In this document: piece after piece, positions 34,013 through 42,764 of the stretch
Position numbering within the stretch: position 1 is the stretch's first letter
Layout of the letters: each line of letters opens with the position of its first letter
NCBI GenBank assembly: GCA_002392765.1
Contig: DGHT01000058.1
Span: forward strand, 9,326-73,325
Length of the DNA stretch: 64,000 nt
Source of the DNA: Verrucomicrobia bacterium UBA3841
GTDB lineage: Bacteria > Verrucomicrobiota > Kiritimatiellia > RFP12 > UBA1067
Direction of reading: 5' to 3'
The notes under the pieces: generated by a model
What the model was told of the DNA's origin: nothing
What the model saw: the letters and a program-made list of their open reading frames with translations, nothing else
The model's database searches: none
Position numbers and translations under genes: made by a program

Positions 34013-36075
34013 AAGTGCAGCAGCGGATACTCATCCAGCGTCTCCTTTTCGCGGTCCTGGCCGCGTTCGGCGCGTCGATGGCGCTGACCTGGCTGCTGCA
34101 CGCGCACATCATGGATATCGAGCGCAGAAAGCTTTTCGACAAGGTATTCCACGACGTGGGCGCGGACATCCGCGAGCGCGTGGACAGCCGCATGATCCGC
34201 CAGGCGATGATTGCGCGCGACCGCTACTACGCCATGCGCGACGAACCGTGGTGGAACGATCCGGACGAATCAAGCCGCCGCCTGCGCGCCCTGGCGGACG
34301 AACTGGGCGTGGACGAGGTGTGCATCGCCGACGCGTCAGGAATGCTGACGCACAGCGCCCGCCGCGAGGAAGTCGGCGCGCTCGATTTCACGAAGGCCGA
34401 GGGCCAGGCGCGGGAATTCGCCGCGCTTCTGGACACGGAGACGGAGCTGGCGCAGCCGCTCCTGCCCAATTCGCTGCGCGGCGAAATGGTGAAGTACGTG
34501 GGGGTGTGGCTGCCCGACGGCGGTTTCATACAGGTCGGCGGACGGGAGAAGAGCGTGCGCAACGTGTCGAGAACCGCCATTACCGGTCTCACGAACGACT
34601 GGCCCGTCAGCGGCGACGAAGGCGGCATATACGTCACGACGGGAAAGGGGATGATCATCTCGCATCCCGTCGCGGGCAGGGAGGGGAGTCTCTGGGTGGA
34701 GCCGGGCGACGACTTTTTCTGCGAGAAGCGCGTAATTGAAGGATTCCCCGTATACATAGTCGTGCCGAAGCGCACTGCGATCGCCAACCGCCGCGTACTT
34801 GTCCTGACCTCGGCCTTCCTCAACGGCGCCGCTCTCGTGCTTGCCGCGATTCTCGTGGGGTTCGTGATCGCCGCCTACGTGAAAGACCGCATGCGCGAAC
34901 GCCAGTCCAAGGACATGGCCATGGCGAAAAGCATACAGGAAAGCGCCATCCCGCGCGTGTTTCCGCCATTCTCGGAAGAGCCGCGCATGGATATTTTCGC
35001 GGGGATGACCCCGGCGAGGGAGATCGGGGGCGACTTCTACGATTTCTTCATCGTCAGTCCGTCGCGCTTCATGTTCATCGTGGCAGACGTCAGCGGCAAG
35101 GGCATCCCGGCCGCGCTGTACATGATGCGCGCGAAGGCGACGTTCAAGGGAACGGCGCAGACGGGCATGCCGCTGACGGATGTCGCGCAATATGCGAACG
35201 ACGCGCTCAGCCGCGACAACGACGCGAACATGTTCGTAACGGCGTGGATAGGCGAATTGAATCTCGAGACGGGCGTCGTTACTTTCATCAACGCCGGACA
35301 CAACCCGCCTCTCCGCATCGGCAAAGACAATTCCGCGGTGTTCGTCCGGGAACGTTCCGGAATGATGTTCGGCGCCATGCCGGGCGTCAAGTACAAAGCG
35401 CACGAACTGAGACTCAGTCCGGGCGAGTCCCTCTACATCTACACCGACGGGATAACCGAGCAGCCCGACGCGAAAGGCGAACTCTTCGGCGAGGAGCGTC
35501 TGCGCTTTTCCGTCGAAACACTGCTCAAAACCGGCTGCAGCGCCATAGAACGCGGATCGTCGCCGCTTCTGGGCGCGCTCCAGGCCGCAGTGCTGGCGCA
35601 CGGCGGAATCGTGGAGCAGGCGGACGACTGCACTCAGCTTGTCATCCGCTGGAACGGCAGCGGCGAGGGGACCGGCTGGTTCGTCAAAAACTTCCCCGCG
35701 ACCCAGGAAGGCATCGCAATGGCATCGGACTGGCTCGATGAAACGCTGGAGCATCTGGAGGCCGCGCGAAAAAAAAGCCCGGCGCTGCATGTCATTCTCG
35801 ACGAAATCGCCTCCAACATAGTCAAGCATTCAGGCGGAACTGGTTTCGATTTCCATGTTTGCCGCACCGACGACCCCGCAGGCGTCAGGCTCGTGTTCCA
35901 GGACGACGGCACGCCGTACGATCCGCTCGGACACGCCGATCCCGACACCACGCTTCCTGCAATGGAGCGTCCGATAGGCGGTCTGGGCATAATGATGGTG
36001 AAGAAGATGTCCGAATCCATGACGTATGAACGCAAAGGAGGATGCAACATCCTGTCGATCCAGGTCAAATGCTGA
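34009..36075 (+). CDS. Membrane sensor fused to a PP2C (SpoIIE/RsbU-type) phosphatase and a C-terminal RsbW-like HATPase domain
   Basis: Two TM segments flank a ~250-aa periplasmic domain. PP2C strings are REIGGDFYDFF, VADVSGKGIPAALYM and YIYTDGITE. The C-terminal part has LHVILDEIASNIVKHSG...GGLGIMMVKKM. GTG start overlapping the SBP stop. Confidence 0.8.
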   Translation: MKVQQRILIQRLLFAVLAAFGASMALTWLLHAHIMDIERRKLFDKVFHDVGADIRERVDSRMIRQAMIARDRYYAMRDEPWWNDPDESSRRLRALADELGVDEVCIADASGMLTHSARREEVGALDFTKAEGQAREFAALLDTETELAQPLLPNSLRGEMVKYVGVWLPDGGFIQVGGREKSVRNVSRTAITGLTNDWPVSGDEGGIYVTTGKGMIISHPVAGREGSLWVEPGDDFFCEKRVIEGFPVYIVVPKRTAIANRRVLVLTSAFLNGAALVLAAILVGFVIAAYVKDRMRERQSKDMAMAKSIQESAIPRVFPPFSEEPRMDIFAGMTPAREIGGDFYDFFIVSPSRFMFIVADVSGKGIPAALYMMRAKATFKGTAQTGMPLTDVAQYANDALSRDNDANMFVTAWIGELNLETGVVTFINAGHNPPLRIGKDNSAVFVRERSGMMFGAMPGVKYKAHELRLSPGESLYIYTDGITEQPDAKGELFGEERLRFSVETLLKTGCSAIERGSSPLLGALQAAVLAHGGIVEQADDCTQLVIRWNGSGEGTGWFVKNFPATQEGIAMASDWLDETLEHLEAARKKSPALHVILDEIASNIVKHSGGTGFDFHVCRTDDPAGVRLVFQDDGTPYDPLGHADPDTTLPAMERPIGGLGIMMVKKMSESMTYERKGGCNILSIQVKC

Positions 36076-36142
36076 CAGTCTGCACCGCATATAAAGTAAA
36101 ATTCAAACGGAAGGGGCGACCCTTTCAGCAAAGGAGGAAACA

Positions 36143-36526
36143 ATGAAAAAAAGAATGCTATATCTGCTGTCTGCGCTCGCTGTGTGCGCAGGATGCGTTT
36201 CGTACCGCACGCCGCCCGAAGACCGCCGCGTCACCGTGTCGCCGGACCTCGGCGCAAGCGTATGGGTGACGGATGTGCGGCTCGCAAAGGCGCAGTCGCA
36301 GCACTGCACGCTCCAGGCAAACGTTGCGAACAACACCGGCGGAGTGGTCCGCATGGAGTACAAGGTCGTCTGGCTGGATTCCGACGGTGCGGAGATCCCG
36401 TCGGTCGTCTCCACATGGCAGCCGATGTCGGCCGCCGCGCGCAACGTGGTCGGCCTCACGGCCACGGCTCCTTCGCCGGAGGCGGTCGACTTCCGCCTGT
36501 ACGTGCAGGAAGCAAAGGGATATTGA
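36143..36526 (+). CDS. YcfL-like lipoprotein (DUF1425 family)
   Basis: 127 aa with lipobox LAVCAGC, L.ANVANNTGGVVRMEYKVVWLDSDGAEI and AVDFRLYV, which follow the YcfL pattern. It lies adjacent to an lpoB-like gene, as in enterobacteria. Confidence 0.65.
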   Translation: MKKRMLYLLSALAVCAGCVSYRTPPEDRRVTVSPDLGASVWVTDVRLAKAQSQHCTLQANVANNTGGVVRMEYKVVWLDSDGAEIPSVVSTWQPMSAAARNVVGLTATAPSPEAVDFRLYVQEAKGY

Positions 36527-36551
36527 GACTTTACAACGAAAGGAACAAGCG

Positions 36552-37166
36552 ATGAACAGAACCGTACCAGCCATAGCCGCCGCCGCGATTGCGGTGGTAC
36601 TCGCCGGGTGTACAACGCCCACGACGAGGATCGACATGTACAACGACCACGGTCCGCAGGTTGCCGGACTCGACTACCGCGACCTGCAGGAGGCTGCGTC
36701 CGCCACGCTCCAGTCCCTGTTTGCCAGCGGCCGGCTCGACCGCACGGACGGGCAGGCCTACGTGCTGACAGTCGGCAGGGTTGCGAACGACACTCCGCAG
36801 CATTTCGACACCGACACGCTCACCTCGTACATCACCGAGGAGCTGATGAACAGCGGCAAGGTCATGGTGACATCGGCGATGGCGGCGAGCGAATCCAACC
36901 GCGACGAGATGATACAGGCCGCCCGCAGCGTGCGCGGCGACGCCGAGTTCAACCAGGCGACGGTCGCGAAGACCGGACAGCTGGTCGCGCCGACGCACAG
37001 TCTCTACGGCAAGATCGTCCAGCGCGAGGTCCGCATGGACAACGGCGACAAGCAGATAGAATACTACTTCCAGCTGCGCATCACCGAGATCGCCACCGGT
37101 CTGCAGTGGTGGCAGAAGCAGTACGTAATAGGCAAGCGGGCCGACGCCAAGACGCCTACCTGGTGA
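36552..37166 (+). CDS. LpoB-like lipoprotein (penicillin-binding protein activator family, COG3417)
   Basis: Lipobox VLAGCT. VLTVGRVANDTPQHFDTDTLTSYITEELMNSGKVMVTS and YYFQLRITEIATGLQWWQK parallel the E. coli LpoB C-domain as I recall it. Confidence 0.68.
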   Translation: MNRTVPAIAAAAIAVVLAGCTTPTTRIDMYNDHGPQVAGLDYRDLQEAASATLQSLFASGRLDRTDGQAYVLTVGRVANDTPQHFDTDTLTSYITEELMNSGKVMVTSAMAASESNRDEMIQAARSVRGDAEFNQATVAKTGQLVAPTHSLYGKIVQREVRMDNGDKQIEYYFQLRITEIATGLQWWQKQYVIGKRADAKTPTW

Positions 37167-37205
37167 TTCCGCACGGCGCAAAAAGAACAGACCGGAGGAG
37201 AGAAT

Positions 37206-38489
37206 ATGAAGAAAACCGTTATGTCGTTCGCGGCGGCCCTGTGTGCGGCTGCGTTCGCGCAGCTTCAGCAGTCGAACAGCATCAAGACCGCGCACGGGCG
37301 GGGGCGCAACGCCGACTACCGCACCGCCGTCTACGAAGCGCTGGTGCAGGCCGCATCGCAGGTGCAGGGAGTTTCCCTGCAGGATTCCCGCGACGCATTC
37401 ATGGACTCCACGGCCCAGCTGCGGAAGACGAATGCCGGAGAAAGCGACATCAGCGAAATCCGCGAGTCGCTGAAGCAGACCGTGAGCGCCAAGACGAGCG
37501 GACGCGTGCTTAGCTACGAGACGACCGAGGAGCGGTTCGACAAGGAGACGAACCTCTGGTATATCGAGCTTGACGCCAAGATTCCGGGGCAGTATGTCGT
37601 AGGGCCGCATCCCGACAACAGGCGTCGGCTCGTCGTCATGCCGTTCCGCGTTCTCACCGGGAAGGTGAATATTTTCGGACAGGAAGCGGTGCCCGCTCCG
37701 TCGTGCGAAGAATTCGCCCGCCGCCTGAACGAGAACCTGACGCAGACGCGCCGTTTCACAATGCTCGACCGCGAGTTCAACAGCGAGACGCAGGCGGAAC
37801 TGGACCGCCTGAACCTCGAAAATGCGTCGGCAGGCGACTTCGGACGTTTCCAGCAGCTTCTTGTGACCGACTACATGGTCATCGGCAACGTGAGGTTCTA
37901 CGATTCTCCGGCGGCCGTCCAAAACCCGTACACCGGCACGGCGTCAATGCCGGACGGACCGTTCCTGGAAGTCGGATACAAGGTCATTCTGGTCCCCACG
38001 ACCCAGCTCAAGTGGGCCGGCACGGTGGTCGTCCCATATTCGGCCGCGGGCGGTACGAGTCCGGACGCCGCGCTTCAGGGTGCGTACACTGCCGCGGCGC
38101 AGGAGGTCTGCCATGAAATCATAGACAACATCTATCCGCCGCGTATCACGGCCAAGACGACGTTCGAGCTCGTGCTGAACCAGGGAGGAAAGAACTTTGC
38201 GCCCGGACAGGTTCTCGACGTGTTCCGCCGGGGCGAGGAGATACTGGACGTTGCGAGCGGGGAGACGCTGGGGGCGCCGGAGGAGCTGATCGCCCGCATC
38301 CGCATTACGCGCGTGACGCCGAAGATGAGCTACGCCGTCGTCGCGGAGGGAACGCCCATCGACCAGATCGAGATCGGTTCCGTGGTGCGCCGCCCCCAGG
38401 CGGTCGGCTCCTTTGGCGAGGAACCGGGCGCCACTTCGCCGGTGCAGGTTTCGCCGGCGGGAACTGTCGCGCCCCCGTGGAAGAAGTAA
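37206..38489 (+). CDS. Secreted two-domain protein, possibly LPP20-like N-domain plus CsgG/FlgO-like domain (function unverified)
   Basis: Signal peptide. The N-domain is GRGRNADYRTAVYEALVQAASQVQGVSL. The middle region RRLVVMPFR...LTQTRRFTMLDRE...YMVIGNV resembles CsgG-family lipoproteins. Assigned by pattern only. Confidence 0.45.
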   Translation: MKKTVMSFAAALCAAAFAQLQQSNSIKTAHGRGRNADYRTAVYEALVQAASQVQGVSLQDSRDAFMDSTAQLRKTNAGESDISEIRESLKQTVSAKTSGRVLSYETTEERFDKETNLWYIELDAKIPGQYVVGPHPDNRRRLVVMPFRVLTGKVNIFGQEAVPAPSCEEFARRLNENLTQTRRFTMLDREFNSETQAELDRLNLENASAGDFGRFQQLLVTDYMVIGNVRFYDSPAAVQNPYTGTASMPDGPFLEVGYKVILVPTTQLKWAGTVVVPYSAAGGTSPDAALQGAYTAAAQEVCHEIIDNIYPPRITAKTTFELVLNQGGKNFAPGQVLDVFRRGEEILDVASGETLGAPEELIARIRITRVTPKMSYAVVAEGTPIDQIEIGSVVRRPQAVGSFGEEPGATSPVQVSPAGTVAPPWKK

Positions 38490-38650
38490 ACTCCCAATAA
38501 GGGAACGCGCACGCGAAACGTCCTTGAACCGAAAATCGAAAATTTCAGTGTCACACTGTCGCGCCGTGTGCGTATAGATAGTAATGGGGTGTTGGCAACT
38601 AAAATCCCCACGAGGAGAAAAACGAGAAAAACAAAAAAGGAGAAAAACAA

Positions 38651-40378
38651 ATGACAATGAAAACAATGAAACTCGCCCTGGCGGCCGTCGCCGTCTTCGG
38701 CGTCGGCGCCGCCACGGCGCAGGAGATGGGGGCTGCGCCGACGGATTCTACGCCAGCGACCACAACGGCAGATGCTCAACAGAATGAATCTGTTGTCGAT
38801 ACCCCCCTGATGGTGAACGAAATTGTCTCCAAGGATGACGGAGAGAAGATAGTCGAGGAAGCCCAACAGACGCCTCCTGCCGAGGTTTCTCCGAAGAACG
38901 CCAGTGACGCAATGGTCAAATGGGTGACGGACAACGGTTATGCGGAGGGGTTTAACGACGAGCGCGGATATTTCCTTCAGATTGGTGTCGCCCGGGACAA
39001 TTCCTTGGATCCGCTTGACGAGGACTTCATGACGAAGCGTGAAATGCTGTATCGCGAGGCGCAGCTGCGCGCCAAGGTCAATATCAGCGGTTTAGTCGAC
39101 CGCGAGATCAGCGGCAGCAACTGGAAGAACGGCCTTAGCGCGAATGACGTAAAGAAATTCGAGGCCAAGTATGCGCGTGAGATCAATGAAATGAACGAAA
39201 TGAAGCGCAAGGTCGCCAACTTGATGCTCGCGATGGAGGCCGCCGAGACGGAATGCCTAAAAGGGGTTACCGCCACAGATCGGCTCAATGCTCTTGTCGA
39301 CAAGGTCATTAAAAAACTGGATAGGTCTTATGACGCAGGCCATATCGTCGCGGAGAAAAAGGCCCGCTACGATGCCATCAAGGCGGCCTATGATGATGCG
39401 AAGGCTGCAGCAGACGAGCTGGAGCAGAAGAAAATCGACATGTTCCCAAGCCAGACCATGAACGCAAGGGTTGATTCGGCTGTCAGAATCAAATTGCACG
39501 GCGCCATCCCCCTGCATCAGATTGAATCTTTTGTCAACGATGAATTCCAGGTGGCGGTTGCCATGATATGGAGCCCTAAGCTTGAGGATCGCGCTGCAAA
39601 AATGCTTGCCCGTAAAGATGTCGGAAAAGGTAAAGCCACGGAGAATCGCACGCTTAGCGAATATCTTAATTCAAACCGAGAAGCATTGAGAGCAATGGTC
39701 GGCGCTCGCCAGTATATAGACAAGAACGGGAAGCTGTATTTCATCGGCATTTCTGCGCAAGAGCTGTCGAAGGATGCGGTGGAAAAGGATGAGGCGATAA
39801 CTTTTGCGGATCAGATGGCGATGCAGGCTGTTGTCATGTCGCTGTTCACGGAAGGTAAAGGCGTCTCGTCGGCGCAGGCTGCTCTCGCAAAACGCAAAGG
39901 CCGCAGTGGAGATGTGATGAAATCGCTTGCAGAGGATATGGAAGAGAACACTCCGAAAGATTTGAGTGTTGGGGGCCTGGGCAAGGTGTATAGCTTGGAG
40001 ACGACATATCCAATCACGGGAAAACCCATTTACATTTCTGTTGCAGCAATTGATTCGACGCTTGCAGCACGTTCGGCTGCCATCAAGCGCGCTTGGGATG
40101 AGAGGGCGAATGACACGGTAAGGACCCTTCATGCTATCGCAGGAGAACGTCAGGGAGCCGAAGATGCATTCGAAGCCGCAAAGAATTCAAAAACGGAGTT
40201 TGACGCCGCGCGTGCCAAGGCTCGCGGAGAAATTGAGGAAGAGGTCAATCGCATTCGTGGTAAGCAAGGGGGCGTGAATGTTACCCCTGTCGCACCTGTT
40301 GGTACGTCAACGCCCGAAAGACAAGGTGCGCGCCAGGGAATCTTTGGTGGAAATGCGGGTCACAGTGATGATTTTTAA
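38651..40378 (+). CDS. Secreted protein, lower-G+C island paralog family member 1 (575 aa, unknown function)
   Basis: Signal peptide (LALAAVAVFGVGAATAQ). It shares the blocks FQVAVAMIWSPK, NGKLYFIGISAQELS and PITGKPIYISVAAID with the proteins at 41729 and 42765, and carries a coiled-coil insertion. Confidence 0.7.
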   Translation: MTMKTMKLALAAVAVFGVGAATAQEMGAAPTDSTPATTTADAQQNESVVDTPLMVNEIVSKDDGEKIVEEAQQTPPAEVSPKNASDAMVKWVTDNGYAEGFNDERGYFLQIGVARDNSLDPLDEDFMTKREMLYREAQLRAKVNISGLVDREISGSNWKNGLSANDVKKFEAKYAREINEMNEMKRKVANLMLAMEAAETECLKGVTATDRLNALVDKVIKKLDRSYDAGHIVAEKKARYDAIKAAYDDAKAAADELEQKKIDMFPSQTMNARVDSAVRIKLHGAIPLHQIESFVNDEFQVAVAMIWSPKLEDRAAKMLARKDVGKGKATENRTLSEYLNSNREALRAMVGARQYIDKNGKLYFIGISAQELSKDAVEKDEAITFADQMAMQAVVMSLFTEGKGVSSAQAALAKRKGRSGDVMKSLAEDMEENTPKDLSVGGLGKVYSLETTYPITGKPIYISVAAIDSTLAARSAAIKRAWDERANDTVRTLHAIAGERQGAEDAFEAAKNSKTEFDAARAKARGEIEEEVNRIRGKQGGVNVTPVAPVGTSTPERQGARQGIFGGNAGHSDDF

Positions 40379-41732
40379 GAAAATCAGTTTTGTAGCACTG
40401 GCGATGCTTTCGTTGGTGCGTACAGCCATGGCGGGGGAAGCTCCCCCCGCCATGGTAACAAGCTACTACAACATGCGCGTCAAGAACGAGCCTTCAGGGG
40501 TCTATGAATGGGCTGAGCAGGACCTTCTTTTCGTACAGGTACGAATACCAGAGGCGACGGGGGATGCAGCTGAGGAGATGGAAGGGCGAGTCCTTTTGGC
40601 GGAGCACAAGGAGTTGTTTGCATGGCTTGCTCAGCATGCCGCAAAGGACCGTAAAGATCCGCAACTGAGTCCGGGCATGGAACGTATGCGGAGATTCGTA
40701 CGCGAAGAACTTCCGCTCTGGGAGTACGATGCGAATTGGAAATATTCTTTCAATGGGCCGCATCTCACGCGACATGAAATTGGAGAGAGAGTTTGCTGTG
40801 CTGTATGTAAGAAGAGTGAGGTGCTGGCAACGATGCCGTCGGCATTCCTAAAACCAGTAGGGGAAGACACATGGATTCGTGGTGGAAAAGGAATTGTGCG
40901 CGACAAATATCCTGGAAAGGCTGACCGACTATTCATGTGGCAAATAGGGCTTTTGGATGCATTGGCTCTCTCACTTGAAAATGGGAAAAGCCTGGATGCA
41001 TGGGTAAATGAGTTCGGAACGAGTGACAATGCTGCGTATCTTGAATTCAAGAAGGTGGGTAAGGACTGTGAGAGGTATCTCGCGGAATCGGAGACGGCAC
41101 GATTCTTTGCATCAGAGAAATTGCGTCTGGAAACTTTACCGGACAAGATTTCATACGAATGGGACAAGCGGCGACCGACAATGGAGAAGAGCGTTGAGGC
41201 TCATACTGTTACGAACAAGATAAACGAAACGGAATTTGAAGTTGTCGTCACCGAACGCGAAGTCCGTAGAAATGCCCGCATTCTTCACAAGGTGGTGACC
41301 AAGATGGCTGTCGACCCGAAATTTGAGAAGCTCTTCCTTTCAGGCGGATCAATGGAGAATGTCGCTTCCGAGAGAACTGCCCTGGGGCTGGCGGCAGAGA
41401 AGCAGTTCTATGAGAATGGCGGCAAGACATTTGAACAACGGGAAAAATTTTTGATTGACGCATTGCGGGAAAACCCGGGCGACAAGGTTCTTTGGAATCT
41501 GCTGGGTCGGATGATGATGATCCGTCAGGATTGGCATGGCGGGCTCGTCTGCATGCGAAATGCTCTTCGGCTTGATCGAGAATATGCATTCGCCTTGACA
41601 AACGTTGCAATCATCTACCATAGTCTTGGCTTTGATGAACTGGCATTTGGCGCAGCCATTGCCGTGATGGGGGTGACGGATGACGCATGGTGCAAGAAAG
41701 AGGCGGAAAAGTTGATCAGGGGAGACAAGTGA
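40368..41732 (+). CDS. Secreted TPR-containing protein of the island operon
   Basis: Signal peptide MIFKKISFVALAMLSLVRTAMA and a C-terminal TPR-like region (NPGDKVLWNLLGRMMMIRQDWHGGLVCMRNALRLDREYAFALTNVAIIYHSLG). The start overlaps the upstream gene by 11 nt. Confidence 0.65.
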   Translation: MIFKKISFVALAMLSLVRTAMAGEAPPAMVTSYYNMRVKNEPSGVYEWAEQDLLFVQVRIPEATGDAAEEMEGRVLLAEHKELFAWLAQHAAKDRKDPQLSPGMERMRRFVREELPLWEYDANWKYSFNGPHLTRHEIGERVCCAVCKKSEVLATMPSAFLKPVGEDTWIRGGKGIVRDKYPGKADRLFMWQIGLLDALALSLENGKSLDAWVNEFGTSDNAAYLEFKKVGKDCERYLAESETARFFASEKLRLETLPDKISYEWDKRRPTMEKSVEAHTVTNKINETEFEVVVTEREVRRNARILHKVVTKMAVDPKFEKLFLSGGSMENVASERTALGLAAEKQFYENGGKTFEQREKFLIDALRENPGDKVLWNLLGRMMMIRQDWHGGLVCMRNALRLDREYAFALTNVAIIYHSLGFDELAFGAAIAVMGVTDDAWCKKEAEKLIRGDK

Positions 41733-42751
41733 AGTACATTATTCTGTTATGTGTGCTTTTATTGTCTGCTGTTGTGCTTGCCGAGTCAGCGGTTGATGTT
41801 TGTGACCGTATGGTCGTCACAAAATTGGAAGAGGGGGGGCTACATCTAGGGCACAACGAAGAGAGTGGCGAGTTCATTGTTGTAGCTCACTCTCAAACAA
41901 GATGCGCAGATCCGTCCATTGACATTGCGACGTGGGCGTTTTGCCGGGACGCTTTTCTGAAGGCGCATGTCAAGGCCAGGCGTGAAATAGCCAACATGGT
42001 CAAAGGGACGCTGAAGGCGTCGAATACAGTCTCCAGAAGATCCGTTGATCGGAAAAGAAGCCGGACGCAGACTGCCGTTATTGCGATGAATGCCGAAGAG
42101 TTGCAGTTGGGGGTGATTGTGCTGGCGACAGAAGATGCATGGCGAGATGGTGTTTATGCCGTCTCTGTCGCAATGGCGTGGAGCGAGAAGCGGGATAGCC
42201 AGGCCCGTAAATCAATGGCCGGATTGATTGATCCGGCAGTAGACTGGAAATCGCAATTACGCAGTTTGGTTGCGGCGGCGAGGATCGAGTTGTTGCCGCC
42301 TTTCGGGGAATTTGTTGATTCGAATGGATTTGTTCATTTTTTTGGGACTGATGTGTCAGATGTGCTTTCTTGCCCTGTGAAGGGACGAAGTGCTGCGCTC
42401 CTGTCTATGGAGGTACGAGCGTTGGCACGGCTTCAATCAGTGCGCGATGGGGCGGGGGTGTCCGCATTGGAAACGCAAATTCACGCGAAAAAAGATGAGA
42501 AGTCGGAGGCGGTCATCAAAGCATCTGTTGGTGGGTTAGGAGTTTCTGCGACAGGAGCAGAGCCTGTTAATACGTGTGTGTTTGAGGGAAATGTTAACTC
42601 AGAAGCCTTTAAAAGATCGCTTTATGCAATTGTCTATGCAACCGATTGTATGAAGCCATCGCTCCAGCGAGAGAAAATAGAATCATCAAACTCGGTAAAT
42701 CCCGGCGTCATGATCTGGAACCCCAACTCAGGCAAATTCGAGAAGCAATAG
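41729..42751 (+). CDS. Secreted protein, island paralog family member 2 (340 aa)
   Basis: GTG start overlapping the upstream stop (GTGA), then signal peptide YIILLCVLLLSAVVLA. Shared blocks are YAVSVAMAWSEK, NGFVHFFGTDVSDVLS and RSLYAIVYATD. Confidence 0.62.
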   Translation: MKYIILLCVLLLSAVVLAESAVDVCDRMVVTKLEEGGLHLGHNEESGEFIVVAHSQTRCADPSIDIATWAFCRDAFLKAHVKARREIANMVKGTLKASNTVSRRSVDRKRSRTQTAVIAMNAEELQLGVIVLATEDAWRDGVYAVSVAMAWSEKRDSQARKSMAGLIDPAVDWKSQLRSLVAAARIELLPPFGEFVDSNGFVHFFGTDVSDVLSCPVKGRSAALLSMEVRALARLQSVRDGAGVSALETQIHAKKDEKSEAVIKASVGGLGVSATGAEPVNTCVFEGNVNSEAFKRSLYAIVYATDCMKPSLQREKIESSNSVNPGVMIWNPNSGKFEKQ

Positions 42752-42764
42752 GAATAGGCAGATT

